DNA of 64,000 bases from Candidatus Uhrbacteria bacterium (GTDB lineage Bacteria > Patescibacteriota > Patescibacteriia > UBA9934), in assembly GCA_943359345.1 (NCBI GenBank), contig CALRHE010000002.1, forward strand, positions 705-64,704, in the 5' to 3' direction. The notes below the pieces were generated by a model, which saw only the letters and a program-made list of their open reading frames with translations, searched no databases and was not told where the DNA came from. Shown one piece after another: positions 56,025 to 64,000 of the stretch (its first letter is position 1; each line of letters starts with the position of its first letter). A program made the translations under genes and the position numbers.

Positions 56025-57132
56025 ATGTTTCAGCACGATCAAGCGACGGCACAATTTCAATCCAAGTCTGGCCAGCGTTCATATGCAGCTCCTGGCCCGA
56101 TAGATCGTAAAAGCGTAACCTGGCCTCAAGACTAGGTTTCTTCCATTTACACAGCACTAACTTACCGTCTTGCATCAAGAGCGCATCACCTTCTCCAAGC
56201 GTGCGTATCTGCAGACGCCCGAGACTATCAACCACCCCAATATCTGTAGCCAGCACAACCAGATTATTCGTATGAATCAAATCCCCATCAGTAGATTTAA
56301 CTAGCTCGTAATTTTGGTGACGAACATAGGTATTCGAATCTAAATCGTAGGTCCAAACAAGATCATAAAGATTGCTTGCGCTCCAATCAATGTTAAGCGA
56401 CAACGGGGCCGTGGTGGTAGGAGCATCATGCTTGAACAACCAAGTCTCTGGTTCGGGTAAATTAGTTTTCAGTTCAATGCTGCTTTCCCAAAGCCGATCC
56501 GTGGCAGTGTAAACGTTGTGTGGAGCCGCCCTACGTACCACATCGCGCCAAAAATATTCGCCCTGAAAAAATTCATTTAAATCATAAACATTAACCCGAT
56601 CTCGCTCGCTGACAATATCTAAGGCCTCTGGCGAACCGCCAACATGAGCATAAATGGCATTAAACTCACTGGCCCAATCAAGATAATAGGCACGCGCAGA
56701 CCGCACCGGTCCAATTTTATCTACGTACTTATCAGATGAATAAAAAGCTTCAAAGCGAGGGATGTTGCCTTCAACTGGGGCTTCGATCACTAAAAAAGCG
56801 TCCTCTACTCCTGAAAGCGGCCAAGCATCAGCGCTGTTCTCCACCATCACGCCATAAACCAACGGAAACCGTTCAAGTGTTGTTGTGAGCACTTCACCCG
56901 TTAGCGGATGGCGGAGTGAGTCATCAGCAACGCTGACTTGGTTTTTCGCCAGGTCTACCTCAGAGTACCTAGCCGGTTTCAGTAAAAAAACGGTGGTCAC
57001 CGCTAACATCACAGTCAAAGCTGCAAACACTGACCCAAATAAAATCAAGTTATCCCGGCGACGGGCCGCAGCCATACACGCTACCCGGGTGTTTAAAATC
57101 CAAGCCTTGAGTACTTGCAAACGCTTATTCAT
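56005..57132 (-). CDS. DUF3048-family membrane-anchored protein
   Basis: N-terminal TM helix; ...VYGVMVENSADAWPLSGVEDAFLVIEAPVEGNIPRFEAFY... matches the DUF3048 (YerB-like) core. Confidence 0.55.
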   Translation of the reverse strand: MNKRLQVLKAWILNTRVACMAAARRRDNLILFGSVFAALTVMLAVTTVFLLKPARYSEVDLAKNQVSVADDSLRHPLTGEVLTTTLERFPLVYGVMVENSADAWPLSGVEDAFLVIEAPVEGNIPRFEAFYSSDKYVDKIGPVRSARAYYLDWASEFNAIYAHVGGSPEALDIVSERDRVNVYDLNEFFQGEYFWRDVVRRAAPHNVYTATDRLWESSIELKTNLPEPETWLFKHDAPTTTAPLSLNIDWSASNLYDLVWTYDLDSNTYVRHQNYELVKSTDGDLIHTNNLVVLATDIGVVDSLGRLQIRTLGEGDALLMQDGKLVLCKWKKPSLEARLRFYDLSGQELHMNAGQTWIEIVPSLDRAETFISRPL

Positions 57133-57218
57133 AATAACGCACTTCAGTATAACTCAAATTTGAGGCCCAAAACAAAAGACTTAAAACCATTTTTAGTCTT
57201 AAGTCTTGTGTTTGGTAT

Positions 57219-57950
57219 TTATTTCTTAGCGTCTTTTTTGTCAGCTGCAGGAGCCTCGGCACCCTCAGTGGGAGCTTCATCTTTCTTCTCTGTCAAGACC
57301 TCAACCTTAGACACATCGGCATCAACGGCAGAGTCAAGGGCGGCCAACTCTGCTTCAGACAACGGCGGCTGAACAGAAGCCACAGCTTGATCAGGCAAAG
57401 ACTTGACTTCGATACCGGCTGGGACGGTGATGTCCTTAACCCGGATAACATCGTCGAAAGTAAACAGCTTAGTAACATCAACCTCGATTTCATGTACCAA
57501 AGCGTCTGGCAAGGACATGACTTCGATGTCTTCCAAAGATTGCACCAAGGTTCCACCAAGCTCTTTGACAGCTGGAGCTACGCCCACCAGCTTCAATGGG
57601 ATCTTGGCTTCGAGCTTGCGCTTTGGGTCAACACGACGGAAATCGACATGGGTAATAAAATCGGTCAAAACATCGCGCTGGATTTCTGAAATCAAAACTG
57701 GATGCTGTTGGCCCTCGATCTCAAGATCAACAACCGTACTTTCACCAGCCTGGTCGTACACCTTAACGAAGGTATTGCGATCCAGAACGATGTTGGTAGG
57801 TTTGGTTTCAAAACCGTACATGACGGCTGGCACCATTCCGGCTGCACGCAAAGTGGCGGTCTTGCGACCACGAATTTCACGGGTTTTGGCTTCAATTCGA
57901 GCATGCTGCATATCGGCCGGTATTCTGCTCGATTTCGCAATAACTGTCAA
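57219..57950 (-). CDS. rplY: 50S ribosomal protein L25 / general stress protein Ctc form
   Basis: ...EAKTREIRGRKTATLRAAGMVPAVMYG... plus a C-terminal beta-barrel domain and an acidic/Lys-rich tail. Confidence 0.8.
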   Translation of the reverse strand: MTVIAKSSRIPADMQHARIEAKTREIRGRKTATLRAAGMVPAVMYGFETKPTNIVLDRNTFVKVYDQAGESTVVDLEIEGQQHPVLISEIQRDVLTDFITHVDFRRVDPKRKLEAKIPLKLVGVAPAVKELGGTLVQSLEDIEVMSLPDALVHEIEVDVTKLFTFDDVIRVKDITVPAGIEVKSLPDQAVASVQPPLSEAELAALDSAVDADVSKVEVLTEKKDEAPTEGAEAPAADKKDAKK

Positions 57951-57989
57951 GCAACCAAGGGGTTGAGGGGGTTAGTATGAAAAATACCT

Positions 57990-58021
57990 GGGGTTAAGGG
58001 GTTTAAAAACCCCTTAACCCC
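57990..58021. repeat. perfect palindrome/hairpin GGGGTTAAGGGGTTT-aa-AACCCCTTAACCCC
   Basis: 15-bp perfect arms; located between the Zn-ribbon ORF stop and the rplY start, followed by a T-rich run on the plus strand. Confidence 0.6.
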
Positions 58022-58022
58022 T

Positions 58023-58304
58023 TTATTTACGCAGTTCAACATGGGCCTTCAAAACCTCGTCCAGGCTAATTTTCTGACCTTTTTCAAAACGCATAGCTTC
58101 GTCTACGGCGCAATCAGTCAACACGCCTACACAGGCTACATGACCAGCCCGACGCTCAACCGCAAACATCATGGCTCGAAAACATTGGCTACAAGTAGCG
58201 TGGCTGATTTGATTACCGTGTTTTTTTCCAACCGCACGAACGTCCGGCCCTGAATAAAGAGAGGTGCAAAAAGGACAACGAGCTATAGGTTCGGGCAAAC
58301 GCAT
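58023..58304 (-). CDS. small Zn-ribbon (CPxC...CxxC) protein, function unknown
   Basis: RCPFCTS...ATCSQCF four-Cys pattern; 93 aa immediately downstream of rodA. Confidence 0.4.
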   Translation of the reverse strand: MRLPEPIARCPFCTSLYSGPDVRAVGKKHGNQISHATCSQCFRAMMFAVERRAGHVACVGVLTDCAVDEAMRFEKGQKISLDEVLKAHVELRK

Positions 58305-58325
58305 ATAATTTAGTATAGAGCTGTT

Positions 58326-59474
58326 TTAGTGCTGACTGGCGAGTCGATCCACAGGCGTAATCCGGCTGGCAATACTCTGCGCCACCCCAAGCATGATGAA
58401 CATGACAATCAGCGAGCTACCCCCGTAACTCACAAACGGCAAGGTCACACCGGTGGCCGGCATAATTGATAGGTTCACACCAACATGAATACAGGTTTGC
58501 ACAAAAAAAGTTGCCAGAATACCAATCAACAAATAAGCGGCAAAGGCGTCACGCGTCATACGCACCGTTTTTAACATGCGTACAAACAAAAGCAGGAAGG
58601 CCGCCAAGACCACGATCACCCCTACAAACCCCAACTCTTCAGCTATAACTGCAAAAATGAAATCTGTCTGACTTTCTGGCAAAAACCGCAGTTGGCTTTG
58701 GCTACCTGCACCTAAACCTCGGCCTAAGAGCCCGCCGGCACCGATGGCGATTTTGGCCTGCGTAACGTTATAGCCGGTCTCGAGCGGATCTGAAGCTGGA
58801 TTCAAAAAAGTCGCAATCCGTTCCAGCTGATAATCCGGTAACTGACCGGAAACCATGACGACCCCAGCAATCAATCCAAAACTGAGTAGCAGAGCGGCTA
58901 CGTGCTGCCAACGAATACCGGCAAAGAACACCATGACCATCCAAATACCTATAAGTATGAGGGCTCCACCCAAATCTGGTTGTTGGAGTACAAACACGGC
59001 TGGGAGTAAGGTGCGCACCCCAGTTTGGAGTAACTCACGCCAACCAAAGCGCTCACGGGCATGATCGCTAAAGTAGCCGGCCAGCTCTAACGCCAGCGCC
59101 AGCTTCATGAGTTCGACCGGCTGAAATGAAAAACCAGCCAACACAAACCAGCCGGTGGTGCCGTTCAAAGTTTCGCCAAAAATCAAAACTGCGATCAGTA
59201 AACCCAGGGCCAGCCAGTAAAGAATGTGACTGTAGGCCCGATACAACTGATAGTTCACACTCGCGGCTGCCACACATAGGCCTAAACCTAACCCCAAAGC
59301 AATGAGTTGCTTACGTACAAAGATAAACTCCTCCGCCCCCTGTGAAAGTTCTACTGACGTAATCGTAGCTATACCGAAACAAAACAGCACAAAGGCCGCC
59401 AAAATCATTAACCAATCAAAACGCTGAAGAGTAATCACGGCTTTATCTTCGCACATCCAGACCGTTTTCGTCAT
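58326..59474 (-). CDS. SEDS-family peptidoglycan polymerase (RodA/FtsW)
   Basis: Ten-TM protein with ...PESQTDFIFAVIAEELGFVG... and a ...GGSSLI... C-terminal block. Confidence 0.8.
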   Translation of the reverse strand: MTKTVWMCEDKAVITLQRFDWLMILAAFVLFCFGIATITSVELSQGAEEFIFVRKQLIALGLGLGLCVAAASVNYQLYRAYSHILYWLALGLLIAVLIFGETLNGTTGWFVLAGFSFQPVELMKLALALELAGYFSDHARERFGWRELLQTGVRTLLPAVFVLQQPDLGGALILIGIWMVMVFFAGIRWQHVAALLLSFGLIAGVVMVSGQLPDYQLERIATFLNPASDPLETGYNVTQAKIAIGAGGLLGRGLGAGSQSQLRFLPESQTDFIFAVIAEELGFVGVIVVLAAFLLLFVRMLKTVRMTRDAFAAYLLIGILATFFVQTCIHVGVNLSIMPATGVTLPFVSYGGSSLIVMFIMLGVAQSIASRITPVDRLASQH

Positions 59475-60363
59475 CTGGATTCATGTACACCCCCTGATCA
59501 AAGTAAAAAATCAACGGCTCAACGCTGACACTAGCGCTCGGCGGGACTTCTCCAAACCAACGCACCTCAAATTGGCGGGTTTGATTGGACATGAATTCAG
59601 GTACCGAAATTTTGGTGAGCGAAATTACGCTTGTACTCCGCATAAGTTTTACCAAAAATTCTGCGTTCCAATACGCATAGGCTGTACGATTGGTCAGTAC
59701 CAACGTGGAACGACCAATCTGGTCATCACCCAAAATTAGATCTTTGCTGTAGGTAGCCAGATCAAGAGTGATATTGGCGCGGTCGGCTAGATACTGAGCT
59801 GTGCTCTCCACCCTGTGCCCGTCCACCCTGTGCCAAACCTGATTTTGCAGGCTCAAGCGTAAACCTGAAGGACGCCGTTCAAGGTTTTCATTGATAGCTG
59901 CTATCAAACGGGTCTCATTTGGATTCAAGAAACCGGAGTAGATCTCAGTCACTCCCCCGGCGTATACAAAGACGTAATCAAAAGTGACGTACCAATCAGG
60001 GTTAAAATTCTCTACCGTAGCGTACAGATCGTATTTACCCGATGATACTGATGACGACTTGGCGTCGTGTATGTCTAGCCCAACCGGGGCCGCTCGCATA
60101 ACTCCGGCATGGCTGGCACTGACATTATCCAAAATACTAGCGCTCATACGGGCATCACGAAAAGCGCCTGACACGATGTAAAGTAAAACTCCAAAAACAA
60201 AAACTACCATCAGGATGACGTCAATCACTGCCCACAGCCCAAAAACTGCCGCCTCCAATTTGGGACGGACATTTACGACTGCGACATCACGGCGGTAGCG
60301 GCTATCAATAGCCCTGTACTCTCCGGATATCTTTGGCTGCACCTGCTGTGCCTCCTTAACCAT
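59443..60363 (-). CDS. hypothetical membrane-anchored protein upstream of rodA
   Basis: Probable start at the Met at 60363 (MVKEAQQ...), which avoids overlap with gyrB; one TM helix then an extracytoplasmic domain; no known motif. Confidence 0.4.
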   Translation of the reverse strand: MVKEAQQVQPKISGEYRAIDSRYRRDVAVVNVRPKLEAAVFGLWAVIDVILMVVFVFGVLLYIVSGAFRDARMSASILDNVSASHAGVMRAAPVGLDIHDAKSSSVSSGKYDLYATVENFNPDWYVTFDYVFVYAGGVTEIYSGFLNPNETRLIAAINENLERRPSGLRLSLQNQVWHRVDGHRVESTAQYLADRANITLDLATYSKDLILGDDQIGRSTLVLTNRTAYAYWNAEFLVKLMRSTSVISLTKISVPEFMSNQTRQFEVRWFGEVPPSASVSVEPLIFYFDQGVYMNPDDENGLDVRR

Positions 60364-60418
60364 AACTGAGCATATTTTATCACATTCAGGGCTGTACCGG
60401 TCCCGGAGAACGTGATAA

Positions 60419-62482
<2,064 letters not shown>

Positions 62483-62486
62483 ACCC

Positions 62487-62516
62487 AAAACCACCCTGGT
62501 TCACCGGGGTGGTTTT
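62487..62516 (+). terminator. rho-independent terminator
   Basis: AAAACCACCCtggttcaccGGGTGGTTTT. Confidence 0.75.
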
Positions 62517-62533
62517 GTAATCCACCACCCCCC

Positions 62534-62562
62534 TTGCAAAGACTAAGTAAGTCTGCTATCTT
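62534..62562 (+). promoter_or_regulatory. sigma70-type promoter, TTGCAA-N17-TGC-TATCTT, for secE-nusG
   Basis: Fourth copy of the shared promoter architecture, followed by a small GNRA hairpin AGCCCgcaaGGGCTTTTT in the leader. Confidence 0.4.
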
Positions 62563-62603
62563 ACTCTCCGTAACAGCCCGCAAGGGCTTTTTAAAATACT
62601 GAT

Positions 62604-62819
62604 ATGTTGGGACGAATCATCAACAACCCCGTTATCCGCTACTTCCGTGAGGCTCGAGAGGAGTTGCGCAAGGTCACTTGGCCCCAGCGCCGTGAAGTAG
62701 TTGTGTACTCGGCGCTAGTCGTGATGTTCTCAATTATCACGGCTGCTTATTTTGGTCTCTTGGATTGGGTGTTCACGCTCGGACTGGAGAAGTTAGTCAA
62801 GCTCACCGCTAGTTTATAA
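62604..62819 (+). CDS. secE: preprotein translocase subunit SecE
   Basis: ...IRYFREAREELRKVTWPQRREVVVYSALVVMFSIITAAYFGLLDWVF... single C-terminal TM helix. Confidence 0.8.
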   Translation: MLGRIINNPVIRYFREAREELRKVTWPQRREVVVYSALVVMFSIITAAYFGLLDWVFTLGLEKLVKLTASL

Positions 62820-62826
62820 GTCATTT

Positions 62827-63372
62827 ATGGCAAAGCAAACCGCCAATTATGGTCGTCGATGGTACGCCATCCACACCTACTCAGGCTACGAAGAAAACGT
62901 CTACGACAGTTTGATGCAACGCATTGACACCATGGACATGGAAGAGAAGATCTTCACCGTCATGGTTCCCAAAGAGAAGAAGATCAAAATCAAAAATGGT
63001 CAGCGCAAGGTAGTTGAAGAAAAAATCTTCCCCGGCTACGTACTGGTGGACATGATCGTGACTGACGATTCTTGGTACGTGGTGCGTAACACCCCAAACG
63101 TCACCGGCTTCATTGGAACCGGTAACGCCCCAACCCCAATTCCACAAGAAGAGATCGATGCCCTGATTAAGCGCGTTGGTGTCAACGAACCTGAATTCAA
63201 AATCGACGTATCCAAGAACGACACAATCTCTATCACCGACGGTCCTTTCAAGGGCCAGCAAGGTAAGGTGGACGATGTGGATGTGGCCCGCGGTAAAATC
63301 AAGGTCATGGTGTCTATGTTCGGACGTGAAACCCCGCTCGAGCTCGACTTTCTCCAGATCAAGAAGGTTTAA
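62827..63372 (+). CDS. nusG: transcription termination/antitermination factor NusG
   Basis: ...RWYAIHTYSGYE... NGN domain and a C-terminal KOW (...GPFKGQQGKVDDVDVARGKIKVMVSMFGRETPLEL...). Confidence 0.9.
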   Translation: MAKQTANYGRRWYAIHTYSGYEENVYDSLMQRIDTMDMEEKIFTVMVPKEKKIKIKNGQRKVVEEKIFPGYVLVDMIVTDDSWYVVRNTPNVTGFIGTGNAPTPIPQEEIDALIKRVGVNEPEFKIDVSKNDTISITDGPFKGQQGKVDDVDVARGKIKVMVSMFGRETPLELDFLQIKKV

Positions 63373-63380
63373 TGACCACC

Positions 63381-63407
63381 AAATACAGCTTGAAAAGGCT
63401 GTATTTT
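63381..63407 (+). terminator. rho-independent terminator/attenuator after nusG
   Basis: AAATACAGCttgaaaagGCTGTATTTT. Confidence 0.7.
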
Positions 63408-63491
63408 GGTCTTTACCCTAAATAATTGACATTTAGCCCTAAAACTGGCACTCTTTCGCTACTAAATAACGACGTGGTTGCTTGAAGACCG

Positions 63492-63555
63492 CCCTTCGAC
63501 TCCCCCTCCGACTCAGCCCATAAAAAGGTTAAGCTTCGCTCGGGGTCGCTCAGGG
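63492..63555 (+). repeat. conserved intergenic motif, copy 2, in the rplK leader
   Basis: CCCTTCGACTCCC...(37-nt internal expansion)...GGGGTCGCTCAGGG; the same end blocks as 52364..52397. Confidence 0.45.
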
Positions 63556-63585
63556 CCTTTGGGAATCCACTATAAAAAAGCTCGT

Positions 63586-64000
63586 ATGGCCAAAAAAATT
63601 AAGGCTGTAATTAAAGTCCAGGCCATTGGTGGCGCGGCTACGCCAGCACCTCCACTTGGTCCGGTACTTGGTCAGCAAGGCGTGAACATTCAGCAGTTCG
63701 TGCAGGAATTCAACGCCGCCACGCAAGATCGTCGGGGTGAATTGGTACCAGCTGTACTAACCATTTACGAAGACCGCTCCTTCACGTTCATTCTGAAGAC
63801 CGCTCCGGCCTCAGAGATGATCAAAAAAATGCTCAAGCTTGAAAAAGGCTCAGGTAAGCCGCTAACTGAAAAGGTTGGCAAACTCACCAAGGCTCAACTC
63901 CGAGAAATCGCTGAGAAGAAGCTCCCAGACCTAAATACAAAAAACGTTGAGCAGGCTATGAAGATCATTGCCGGCTCAGCCCGCCAAATGGGAGTAGATG
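63586..64000 (+). CDS. rplK: 50S ribosomal protein L11, partial (runs off the window end)
   Basis: [43 protein letters not shown]... Confidence 0.85.
   Translation, partial: MAKKIKAVIKVQAIGGAATPAPPLGPVLGQQGVNIQQFVQEFNAATQDRRGELVPAVLTIYEDRSFTFILKTAPASEMIKKMLKLEKGSGKPLTEKVGKLTKAQLREIAEKKLPDLNTKNVEQAMKIIAGSARQMGVD

Overview
This 64 kb window reads as a gene-dense fragment of a streamlined bacterial chromosome, probably a Patescibacteria/CPR-like organism. The evidence is compact housekeeping proteins (PGK 370 aa, EF-Ts 197 aa, TsaB 138 aa), an archaeal-type UMP kinase, fragmented ribosomal operons, and few Shine-Dalgarno sequences. TGA is used as a stop codon (tpiA), so the standard genetic code applies. 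Most genes are conserved core functions on both strands. They include tRNA Thr-Tyr-Thr and rpmG; tpiA, the M16 peptidase, glyQS, frr and holB; mreB with a glycosyltransferase/envelope cluster; rplJ-rplL; pyrH and xseAB; metK; a DEAD-box helicase; lexA with a Y-family polymerase; eno, pgk, an NDH-2 gene and gap; tsf and rpsB; queA, rpmE, prfA and prmC; rplY and rodA; and gyrB followed by secE-nusG-rplK. Several things stand out. (1) Two 118-bp miniature inverted-repeat elements, flanked by TTAA, sit exactly on the stop codons of rplL and tsf. (2) A Fic gene lies between the two halves of a split PEP-utilising enzyme, next to a RecB-family nuclease and a C39-like peptidase. (3) A strongly GC-rich, codon-atypical lipoprotein gene full of MopE-like Cys/Asp metal-binding repeats is an apparent horizontal acquisition. 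A GC3-rich lytic transglycosylase is a second atypical gene. (4) There are at least two structured non-coding regions: a candidate sRNA behind a consensus promoter, and a 350-nt GC-rich multi-hairpin region beside metK. (5) An extended -10 promoter architecture, TTGACw-N17-TGC-TATCYT, recurs four times. (6) Two paralogous structured spacers sit inside the tRNA cluster. (7) An SOS-like lexA / small ORFs / dinB cassette carries a GTTC-N7-GTTC box and twin identical palindromes. No CRISPR array, rRNA gene, transposase or prophage was found.
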